Positions 54,209 to 62,278 of a DNA stretch of 64,000 bases are shown here, in pieces; within the stretch, counting starts at the first letter, position 1, and the number at the start of each line of letters is the position of its first letter. This DNA comes from an uncultured delta proteobacterium. GTDB lineage: Bacteria > Desulfobacterota > Desulfobacteria > Desulfobacterales > Desulfosalsimonadaceae. The stretch spans positions 1 to 64,000 of the forward strand of contig CAWGYD010000001.1 in assembly GCA_963826785.1 (NCBI GenBank), written 5' to 3'. The translations under genes and the position numbers were made by a program. The notes under the pieces were generated by a model, which saw nothing but the letters and a program-made list of their open reading frames with translations, did no database searches and was not told the DNA's origin.

Positions 54209-55281
54209 CGGTTTTGAGCGCCTATATCACCCGGGTCTTCTTCAAGTATTTCGCCATCGTGCTCTTGCTGGTCAGTGTGATCTACCTGTCCATCGATTTT
54301 TTCGGCCGCATCGACAAGTTTATCCGCGTCGAGTTGACGCCGCTGCAGGTGCTCCTGTTCTTTATCTTCAAAATTCCGATGATCATCTCCCAGATCACCC
54401 CTGTGGCGGTGCTGCTGGGTGTTCTGATCGTCTTTGGGCTGATGTCGAAGAACAACGAGATCATTGCCTTGAAGAGCAGCGGGATCAGCGTGTATACGCT
54501 TTTGAAACCCATTGCGGTGATCGGTCTGGTGTTGAGCGTGATGCTGTTTCTTTTTTCGGAAGTGATCGTCCCCATCAGCACGGTAAAGTCCAACCAGATC
54601 TATGAGAATAACAAACCGAATCGGCGCATGATGACCTCCCGGGAGAAAAATATCTGGATCAGGGGGGATCAATCCATCACCTACATCAAATATTACGATC
54701 CCGGTGAAAACATGATCTACGGCATCAGCGTGATCTATCTGGACCGTTCGTTTGGCCTGCGCAAACGGATCAACGCCGAAAAAGGACATTATGAGAACAA
54801 CCGGTGGCTCCTGTCGGACTGCATGATACAAACATTTAATCCAAAAAAGGGTACCCAGGACGTCGTCTTCAGCGATTTGCAGCCGGTTGAACTGGACCTG
54901 AGCCCGACAGACCTGGTGAGGGTCTCCAGGGAGTCCGAGGAAATGAGTTTTGCCGCCCTGTGGAATTATATCCGGCATGTCCAGACCCAGGGATATGATG
55001 CGACCCAGTACCGGGTGGATTTATTTGCCAAAACCGCTTTTCCCTTCATCTGCCTGATCATGTCCCTGATGGGTTCCGGAATCGCCCTGCGTGGCAAAAC
55101 CCGTGAAGGGATGGCGGTCAGCTTCGCCTATTCTATTTTCACGGCCTTTATCTACTGGTCCCTGTACAGCCTTTCCCTGTCACTGGGGTATGGCGAGATG
55201 CTGCCGCCGATTCTCGCCGCCTGGATGGCCAACCTGGTTTTTTTGTGCATCACCGGCATCCTCGTGGTCCGGCTGGATTAA
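54205..55281 (+). CDS. lptG: LPS export permease LptG
   Basis: NEIIALKSSG, LPPILAAW.AN; paired with lptF. Confidence 0.92.
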   Translation: MTVLSAYITRVFFKYFAIVLLLVSVIYLSIDFFGRIDKFIRVELTPLQVLLFFIFKIPMIISQITPVAVLLGVLIVFGLMSKNNEIIALKSSGISVYTLLKPIAVIGLVLSVMLFLFSEVIVPISTVKSNQIYENNKPNRRMMTSREKNIWIRGDQSITYIKYYDPGENMIYGISVIYLDRSFGLRKRINAEKGHYENNRWLLSDCMIQTFNPKKGTQDVVFSDLQPVELDLSPTDLVRVSRESEEMSFAALWNYIRHVQTQGYDATQYRVDLFAKTAFPFICLIMSLMGSGIALRGKTREGMAVSFAYSIFTAFIYWSLYSLSLSLGYGEMLPPILAAWMANLVFLCITGILVVRLD

Positions 55282-55290
55282 GGAGGGGCA

Positions 55291-56406
55291 ATGAATCTTC
55301 TGGGATCGAAAATCGAAGCGGTCATGCAGTCGGAAACAGGGGGGAAACGCGGATGGTTATCCGGTTTTTTGTTTTTTTTGTCCGCCATTTTCGGCACGGT
55401 TGCCCGCATCCGCGACCAATGTTATGATCGTGGGATCATCCGGACTAAAAAACTGCCCTGCCGGGTCATTTCAGTCGGCAACCTGAGTGCCGGGGGGACC
55501 GGCAAGACGCCCATGACAGTTTACATGGCGGAGTGGCTTTGTCAATCAGGGCTGCGGCCGGTGATCATCAGCCGGGGATACCGGGGCGGCGCGGAGCATT
55601 CGGGGGGCGTGGTCAGCGATGGGCAAAATGTGATTATGGATGCGGATCAGGCCGGGGATGAACCCTACATGATGGCCTGCCGGCTGCCTTCAGTTCCCCT
55701 GCTGGTGGGAAAGGACCGCTATGAAATGGGGACGCGCGCCATCGCGCAGTTCCATCCGGACGTGATTTTGCTGGATGATGGATTTCAGCACCGGCGCCTG
55801 TTCAGGGATATGGATCTGGTGCTGATCGATGATCGGCGGTATCTGGGAAACGGGCATCTGATCCCCCGGGGAATGCTGCGGGAGCCCGAATCCGCGCTTC
55901 AGCGGGCAGATGCGGTTATTTTAACCCGGTGCGATCCCGATGCCCGATCGATCTCGTATGATCGGCTGAAGGCAGCCGTTCCCGGAAAACCGGTATTTAA
56001 AACCGTTCATGTCCCCTATGCGCATTTGCTGGTGCGGCACGGCCGCCCGGAATGGGGCTGGGATCTTGCCAATCTGAAGCAGCGAAACGCATTTGTGTTT
56101 TCAGGCATCGCGCAGAATGATGAATTTGCAAGGATGGTCGCAGAACTTGCCGGAGCGGTCGCCGGGGCGGCGGAATTTGCCGATCACCATCCGTACACGC
56201 CCGGCGATCTGGATCGGATCCGGCAAGGGGCAACCGAAAGCCGGGCTGACATCATCGTCACTACGGAAAAGGATTATGTCCGCCTGCCCAAAAAACCGCA
56301 GCTGGGTATGGACCTTGGGGTCATCGGCATTCGGATTGAGTTTATGGAACAGGCATTCGAATTTACTGAATTAATCGAGCAAAACCTGCCTGGCGATAGG
56401 GGTTAA
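55291..56406 (+). CDS. lpxK: Tetraacyldisaccharide 4'-kinase
   Basis: VGNL..GGTGKTP, SRGY, GDEP, DDGFQH, TTEKD. Confidence 0.96.
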   Translation: MNLLGSKIEAVMQSETGGKRGWLSGFLFFLSAIFGTVARIRDQCYDRGIIRTKKLPCRVISVGNLSAGGTGKTPMTVYMAEWLCQSGLRPVIISRGYRGGAEHSGGVVSDGQNVIMDADQAGDEPYMMACRLPSVPLLVGKDRYEMGTRAIAQFHPDVILLDDGFQHRRLFRDMDLVLIDDRRYLGNGHLIPRGMLREPESALQRADAVILTRCDPDARSISYDRLKAAVPGKPVFKTVHVPYAHLLVRHGRPEWGWDLANLKQRNAFVFSGIAQNDEFARMVAELAGAVAGAAEFADHHPYTPGDLDRIRQGATESRADIIVTTEKDYVRLPKKPQLGMDLGVIGIRIEFMEQAFEFTELIEQNLPGDRG

Positions 56407-56413
56407 TCTTAAA

Positions 56414-57094
56414 ATGGGCGAAAAAAAGATGCGCATGGGAAAGCCGTTTTTCCGGAAGGACCTTGAAGCCGGGCCGGTCGATATTTTATCCAGGGGAAGG
56501 TGGGCCAATGCGGACCTGTCCCAATACCGGCGCGGCGAAAACGTCTGGGTGGTCAAGGACTTTTTACCCTGCCCCCCCCTGATCCGGAAAACCTGGGGGC
56601 GGTTCATGGTCAAACGGGAATACAATGCCTTGAAAAAACTGAGCGGCCTGCAGGGGGTTCCCGGCAATCCGTTTCTTCTGGATGAATACGCCGTCTGCTA
56701 CCCGTATATCCCCGGCACGACCCTGCGCAAAGCCGCTCCCGAGCGGATCAATGAATCTTTCTTCTTTCGCCTGGAGGAACTGGTCAAAAAAATGCACGAG
56801 CGCAAGGTGGTGCATCTCGACATTCGCCACCAGAGCAATATCCTGGTGACGGAGGAGGGGGACCCGGTCCTGCTGGACTTTCAGTCGGTGCTGAACCTGG
56901 AGCGGATTCCGCGCTTCATGCATCGCTTTTTAAAAAACATCGATCTGTCCGGCGTCTACAAGAACTGGATCAACGTCAAACCCGAACTGTTCGACGATGC
57001 CCGCAGGGAGCAGCTGGAGGCCTTGAACCGCAAACGATCCCTGTGGTTTTTCAAGGGGTATCCGCTGGGGACCCGAAAAAAACGGCGGCTGTAA
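56414..57094 (+). CDS. Protein-kinase-fold (RIO/Kdo-kinase-like) enzyme
   Basis: VVKD, RE..AL, HLDIRHQSNILV catalytic loop, LLDF; last gene of the lipid A operon. Confidence 0.7.
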   Translation: MGEKKMRMGKPFFRKDLEAGPVDILSRGRWANADLSQYRRGENVWVVKDFLPCPPLIRKTWGRFMVKREYNALKKLSGLQGVPGNPFLLDEYAVCYPYIPGTTLRKAAPERINESFFFRLEELVKKMHERKVVHLDIRHQSNILVTEEGDPVLLDFQSVLNLERIPRFMHRFLKNIDLSGVYKNWINVKPELFDDARREQLEALNRKRSLWFFKGYPLGTRKKRRL

Positions 57095-57124
57095 TCTATC
57101 TGAAATTTTTTCGACTCAGGATTG

Positions 57125-57712
57125 TCAACTCAGCGGGTAGACGAAGGTAAACACAAACAGGATCACATACCCGATGGCTGTGGCGATCATGTTTGTAAGA
57201 GCGTTGTTCTGCTCGAAGCTCTGCCGGTTGAAGGACCATAGCCGGGCGGCATCAAATCTTTTCAATGTGGGCAGATACGGCGGGACGTCCCGGCAGTAGG
57301 CCGCATAATCCCGGCCGAACAGTCCGGCAAGCAGTTTCTCCTCCCGGCGCACCCGGTTGATCATGTAAAAATAGTAAATGATCGTCAACGCAAGCATCAG
57401 CCAGACATTTCCGGTCATCATGACAATTCCGAACACCAGGAAGAAGCGTCCGAGGTACATGGGGTTGCGCACGAACATGTAGGGTCCGGTCACGGTCAGT
57501 TTTTTCTGGGTCTTGATGGTGGAAAAGCACCACACCTGCAGCATCTCTCCTGCAATCGAGACGATCAGGCCGGGGAAAAACCAGGCGGGATCGGTCAGGA
57601 AGGCAATCAGGGCAAAAAAGACGATCCCCAGAGGCAGCCTGAGTTTCAAGAATGTCTTGCGGGCTTTCCTGTTATTAAACAGGTCGTTGATGCGGGCCAT
57701 CAGTTCCGGCAT
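57125..57712 (-). CDS. ICMT/PEMT (Ste14-like) membrane methyltransferase
   Basis: LTVTGPY.FVRNPMYLG and RREE..L...FG..Y..Y...VP..LP motifs; several TM helices. Confidence 0.85.
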   Translation of the reverse strand: MPELMARINDLFNNRKARKTFLKLRLPLGIVFFALIAFLTDPAWFFPGLIVSIAGEMLQVWCFSTIKTQKKLTVTGPYMFVRNPMYLGRFFLVFGIVMMTGNVWLMLALTIIYYFYMINRVRREEKLLAGLFGRDYAAYCRDVPPYLPTLKRFDAARLWSFNRQSFEQNNALTNMIATAIGYVILFVFTFVYPLS

Positions 57713-57852
57713 GGTCTTTTCCTTGCTCTATCTGTTTTATTCCGGTGGTCGCCGGTCGTGATCATGCAATATGCAATAGTCGCACGATTTCGGACAACCG
57801 GATCAATTGATGATCGAAGGTTGTATCCCTTTAGATATTTTCGGCAAAATTG

Positions 57853-58602
57853 TCAACCGGATAAACCCGCGTTGAGTGCCCGTTCCACCTTTTCGACATC
57901 TTCAGGCCGGTCCACACCGATGCTTACGTAATCGGTGACAACCACCCGGATGGGGATGCCGTTTTCCAGCAGTCTCAGCTGTTCGAGTTTTTCGATGGAT
58001 TCAAGCCGGGAAGGCGCAAAACCGACAAACTGCCTCAATGCATCCAGCCGGAAGGCATAGAGGCCGATATGCCCCAGAAACGGTCCGGCCGCCCCTTCCC
58101 GCGCAAATGGGATCGGGGCCCGGGAAAAGTAGAGGGCATCCCCGTTTTCCGCCGCTACGACTTTCACCTGGTCGGGATTTCCGGCAGCCGATCTATCGAT
58201 TGGTCTGGCCAGGGTGGTCACGCGGATGCGGCTGTCGGTGAACGGTGCGATCAACTGAGTGATCATCTCCGGGTTCAGGGCCGGTTCATCCCCCTGGATA
58301 TTGACGACCACCGCGTCACCGGTAATGTCCAGTTGACCGGCGGCCTCCAGCACCCGGTCCGTTCCGCTGGCGTGATCCCCGCGGGTCATCACCGCAGGCA
58401 CGTCCAGTTCTTTGGCCGCCGCCGCGATCCGCAGATCATCCGTGGCCAGGACCACCCGTTTCAGGAGGGGGCAGCGACTGGCCCGGGTAAATACGTGCCA
58501 GAACATGGGTTTACCTAAAATTTTGGCCAGCGGCTTTCCTGGAAACCGGGTGGATTCGAACCGGGCCGGAATGATTCCGTAGCAATCGGGTAAGGATGGC
58601 AT
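57853..58602 (-). CDS. kdsB: CMP-Kdo synthetase
   Basis: [32 protein letters not shown]. Confidence 0.96.
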   Translation of the reverse strand: MPSLPDCYGIIPARFESTRFPGKPLAKILGKPMFWHVFTRASRCPLLKRVVLATDDLRIAAAAKELDVPAVMTRGDHASGTDRVLEAAGQLDITGDAVVVNIQGDEPALNPEMITQLIAPFTDSRIRVTTLARPIDRSAAGNPDQVKVVAAENGDALYFSRAPIPFAREGAAGPFLGHIGLYAFRLDALRQFVGFAPSRLESIEKLEQLRLLENGIPIRVVVTDYVSIGVDRPEDVEKVERALNAGLSG

Positions 58603-58659
58603 TATCGCTTCTTTCCGTTAGGCATTTTCTAAAGGATCACCGACGCCAATTATCAATTT

Positions 58660-59958
58660 TCAGTTATCAATTGTCTGCTCTGCTTCCCCCATCATCTGCA
58701 GGATTTCCCTGCAGGCAAGTGCGGTTCCGCCCTGACGGGTCCTGATATACCGCAGGGCCCTGGCCGAAACCGCCCCGCGATCTTCCGGTGAATTGAGGCG
58801 ATCGGCCAGGGCTTTGGCCGCAGAGTGCCAGTTGTCCGCCTTTTCCACCAGGTTCTGCCGGAAAATGTCTTCCCCCACCCATTGAAAATTTTCATAAGAC
58901 GGTCCGATGACCGGGATCACGCCCTGGGTGAGGGGTTCGATAAAATTCTGGCCGCCCAGGGGGGCCAGGCTGCCGCCGACAAAAACGGCTTTGGCGCAGC
59001 TGTATGCGGAGTCGAGTTCCCCGAAGGTATCCCATAATATAACCGTGCCGGGGGCCACCGCCCCATGCGCCCGGGACCTAAGGGTCCACTGCCCCAGATG
59101 ATCCAGGATATTCCGCCAAGGCATGATCCGGTGCATGTGCCGGGGAAACAGGCCGATCACGGCATCCGGGCAACGGCTCCGGATCATGGGGAGCATCTTT
59201 AAAACCTGCTGCTCCTCTTCCTCCCGGATGGACCCGAACACACAGAAGTTTTCGGTATCCGGGACCAGCCGGCGGACAGTCGACAGGTCTGAAGATGACG
59301 GCGCCGCGACCCGGTCGAATTTGATGTTGGGCATGACCGAAACCCCGGCGCTGCCGAAAACGGATGAGAACCGGCCGGCATCCGCCGGGGAGATCGCCAT
59401 CACCCGCTCCGGCCGTATGGCATGAAGAGCAGAGGGCCACCGCCGGTACCCGGAAAGGCTTTTGCCGGTCATGCGGCCGTTGACGATCCATATCGGGCAG
59501 CGGGCCTTTTTCAGGGCAAAAAAGAAGCCGGGCCAGATCTCTGTTTCCAGGATAACTGCCAGCCGAGGACTTGCCTGGGCCACCGCCCGGTCCATCAGGC
59601 CCGGCCGATCGAAGGGGAAATAGGCGGGGCAGACATTGAGCCGGTTTTTTTGGATCCGGCCGTCTTTTTTGATCCGTTTGCTGATCTCCATTCCCTGGAT
59701 GGTGTTGGTGGTGATCAGTACCGTAAGCGGACGGGCAGGGGAAAGACGGGAGAGAAGGGTTTGGGCAAGATATGCTTCCCCGCCGGAAGCGGCCTGGATC
59801 CAAAGGTCTGCCGGGGGCAGGGGGCTTTTCAGGCGCCGCTGGTCATAACCGTCCTTTAGCCGCCGGTTCAGGCGAAGCAGGGGAATGATCCCGGACCAGC
59901 AGAGATCATAGAGGAAAAGTGCCGCCCGGAATCGGCGATGTGATGCATCTGGTGCCAT
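58660..59958 (-). CDS. waaA: Kdo transferase
   Basis: WIQAASGGE, ETEIWP, N.KFD, FVGGSL...GGQN..EP. Confidence 0.93.
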   Translation of the reverse strand: MAPDASHRRFRAALFLYDLCWSGIIPLLRLNRRLKDGYDQRRLKSPLPPADLWIQAASGGEAYLAQTLLSRLSPARPLTVLITTNTIQGMEISKRIKKDGRIQKNRLNVCPAYFPFDRPGLMDRAVAQASPRLAVILETEIWPGFFFALKKARCPIWIVNGRMTGKSLSGYRRWPSALHAIRPERVMAISPADAGRFSSVFGSAGVSVMPNIKFDRVAAPSSSDLSTVRRLVPDTENFCVFGSIREEEEQQVLKMLPMIRSRCPDAVIGLFPRHMHRIMPWRNILDHLGQWTLRSRAHGAVAPGTVILWDTFGELDSAYSCAKAVFVGGSLAPLGGQNFIEPLTQGVIPVIGPSYENFQWVGEDIFRQNLVEKADNWHSAAKALADRLNSPEDRGAVSARALRYIRTRQGGTALACREILQMMGEAEQTIDN

Positions 59959-60000
59959 GAATTACGACAGACCCTGTCTTTGAGCAAAGTGAATCAAATT

Positions 60001-60045
60001 AAAAACCGCTCCCATATCCCGTGCTGCCGGGATATGGGAGCGGTT
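60001..60045 (-). terminator. Intrinsic terminator after metF
   Basis: Perfect 18-bp stem AACCGCTCCCATATCCCG / CGGGATATGGGAGCGGTT with a T-run on the minus strand. Confidence 0.85.
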
Positions 60046-60080
60046 ATCAAATCACCTGCCAACAATCAAAATATATTTTT

Positions 60081-61013
60081 TCAGTCCACTTCCGGACGCG
60101 GGTAAAGGCCGGCTTCCTTTACGATTTCCGGCACCCGTTCCTCCCACTCGATGGCCATGATGTGAAAGCCGGCAACCCCTTTGACTTCCTTTAGCCGCTG
60201 GATGGTCTCGATGCAGATCTTGATCCCTTCCTCGGCCTGCTTGTCCTTGGGGGCCGCGGCCATGCGGCTGACCACGTCATCGGGCACGTCCATCCCCGGC
60301 ACGCGGTTTTTCATGTACTTGGCCATACCGGCGGATTTCATGGGGGTGACCCCGGCCATGATAAAGGTTTTTTCGGTCAGTCCGCGCTCCCGGGCCAGGC
60401 GGACCCACTCCTCGAACTTGTCTATGTTGTAGATGCACTGGGTCTGGATGAACTCGGCGCCCGCCTCGATCTTTTTGGCCAGCCGGGGCACCCGGATTTC
60501 GAAGGGATCGGCAAAAGGGTTGGCGGCCGCGCCCACGAACATCTTCGGGGGCCGCTTGATCTCATCTCCCCCCAGAAACTTCCCTTCGTCGCGCATGATC
60601 CGGACAGTCCTGATCAACTGCATGGAATCGAGATCATACACGTTCTGGCCCTTGGGATTGTCGCCGAAGGACTGGTGATCACCGGAGAGGCACAGCAGGT
60701 TGTTGATGTCAAAGGAGGCAGCGCCCAGGATATCGCTCTGCAGGGCGATGCGGTTTCGATCCCGGGTGACCATCTGCAGGACCGGTTCCAGGCCCATGAG
60801 TTTCAAATGGATGCAGGCGGCCAGGCTGCTGGTCCGGACCACCGATGTCTGGTTATCGGTGACATTTACCGCATCCACGTACCCTTTGAGCATCTCGCCC
60901 TTTTTCCGGATGATTTCGGGGTCGCTGCCCCGGGGAGGGCCGCATTCGGAGGTGACCCCCAAATGGCCGGCCGCCATGATTTTCTGGAGTTTGCTCGTTG
61001 TATTTCCGCTCAT
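60081..61013 (-). CDS. metF: Methylenetetrahydrofolate reductase (MetVF type)
   Basis: E..PP, NVTDNQ, RDRNRIALQSD, LSGDH, KK..AGA.F.QTQ. Confidence 0.94.
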   Translation of the reverse strand: MSGNTTSKLQKIMAAGHLGVTSECGPPRGSDPEIIRKKGEMLKGYVDAVNVTDNQTSVVRTSSLAACIHLKLMGLEPVLQMVTRDRNRIALQSDILGAASFDINNLLCLSGDHQSFGDNPKGQNVYDLDSMQLIRTVRIMRDEGKFLGGDEIKRPPKMFVGAAANPFADPFEIRVPRLAKKIEAGAEFIQTQCIYNIDKFEEWVRLARERGLTEKTFIMAGVTPMKSAGMAKYMKNRVPGMDVPDDVVSRMAAAPKDKQAEEGIKICIETIQRLKEVKGVAGFHIMAIEWEERVPEIVKEAGLYPRPEVD

Positions 61014-61678
61014 ATCATTACATCCTCCCTTACCACTTTTCGGGGGCCGCCCGCCCGGTCCGTAGACCAGTCTTTCATATCGAAGAGCCGTTCATACAAA
61101 TCCATCCGGTCAATGGCTTTTAAGCGGTCGATGATCAGCTGCCAGGCGCAATCGAGCTCTTTGTTGATTTCACATTTCCCCTTGCTGGAGCCGCCGCAGG
61201 GACCGTTCAGGATCCGCTTGGCGCACCGGGACACCGGGCAGATGCCGCCGGTGTAAGCCAGGATGCAGTTTCCGCAGGCCTGGCACCGTTCGGTCCACAG
61301 CCCCCGTTTTTCCGTTACGCCGAGAAAACAGGTATTCACCCCGGGAAAGACGGGGGTGGAATGATATTTCTCGGCGGTAAACTGCACCCCCACGCCGCAG
61401 GCAATGGAGATGATCGCATCGTAGCCGTCCGCGACGTTTCGGATTTCCTCCAGGTATTCCTGATCGCACTGGCGCTCCAGGGTGACCTCGTCCACCTCGG
61501 CTTCTTTTCCCTGGTTGGCAAAATACATGCGCAGGGTGGATGCCAGCACGCCCACTTCCTTTTTGCCGCCCGCTTCACAGACGGTGACACATTCATTGCA
61601 ACCGAGAACGAGGATTTTCTTGAAATCCTTCACCTGTTCAATAATTTCCTCGACCGGTTTCCTATCGGCAACAATCAT
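61010..61678 (-). CDS. metV: Methylene-THF reductase Fe-S subunit MetV
   Basis: GCNEC..VC.AGG, RQC, ACG.G, C.ACG.C....GGICP..RCAK..LNGPCGG, CAW. Confidence 0.9.
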   Translation of the reverse strand: MIVADRKPVEEIIEQVKDFKKILVLGCNECVTVCEAGGKKEVGVLASTLRMYFANQGKEAEVDEVTLERQCDQEYLEEIRNVADGYDAIISIACGVGVQFTAEKYHSTPVFPGVNTCFLGVTEKRGLWTERCQACGNCILAYTGGICPVSRCAKRILNGPCGGSSKGKCEINKELDCAWQLIIDRLKAIDRMDLYERLFDMKDWSTDRAGGPRKVVREDVMI

Positions 61679-61760
61679 CGGTCTCTCCTTCAAATGTTAT
61701 GATATTCTCCGAACCGGGTTTATCTGCCCCCGTTCCGGAGTTCAATGGCTTTGGCGTAAC

Positions 61761-61840
61761 TGGAATAATGGAATGGTGGAATGATGGGTTTGCAGATAAC
61801 CTCTGTTGTACCCAATATTCCATTATTCCAATCTTCCCCA
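61761..61840. repeat. Inverted array of 8-bp TGGAATRR units between mvhD and metV
   Basis: TGGAATAA-TGGAATGG-TGGAATGA-TGGG ... CCCAATATTCCATTATTCCA. Confidence 0.7.
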
Positions 61841-61846
61841 TCGGCG

Positions 61847-62278
61847 TCATGCCGCTTTATGTTTTTTCGCTTTCATGGGATTGGGCCCCAGGGCCTTGAT
61901 CCGCTCATCCATCTCCTGTGCGTATTTTACAAACAGCGGTCCGTCGGAAGAGGAGAGATTGTACATCTGCACCCGCTCGCCGCCCACGCCCACGGTGTTT
62001 AGAATTTTCTGGGCCTGCTCCACGCGCTTGCGGGCACGGAAGTTGCCGAACTTGTAGTGGCAGTCGCCTTCCCGGCAGCCCACGATATAGACGCCGTCGG
62101 CGCCTTTTTCAATGGCCTTGAGCAGATGGATCACATCCACCTTCCCGGTGCAGGGCACCCGGATGATTTTGACGCTGGTGGGATAATTCAGTCTCATGGA
62201 ACCTGCCAGGTCCGCGGCCGAATACCCTCAGAAATTGCAGCAGAAGGCCAGAATCGTCGGTTTGAATGGGTCGTTCAT
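61847..62278 (-). CDS. mvhD: MvhD/FlpD-type Fe-S subunit, selenocysteine-containing (U17)
   Basis: MNDPFKPTILAFCCNF-TGA-GYSAADLAGS is in frame with ORF 61847-62197 (RVPCTGKV, GADGV, GC..GDCHY..GN). GGAGGGAG RBS and ATGA overlap with hdrA. Confidence 0.92.
62198..62213 (-). promoter_or_regulatory. Putative bacterial SECIS hairpin
   Basis: GGACCT-GGC-AGGTTCC stem-loop (bulged U, G in the loop) starting 14 nt 3' of the UGA. Confidence 0.65.

Noticed and set aside
61761..61840. CRISPR array
   Set aside because: Units are 8 bp, tandem or inverted, with no unique spacers; no cas genes in the window.
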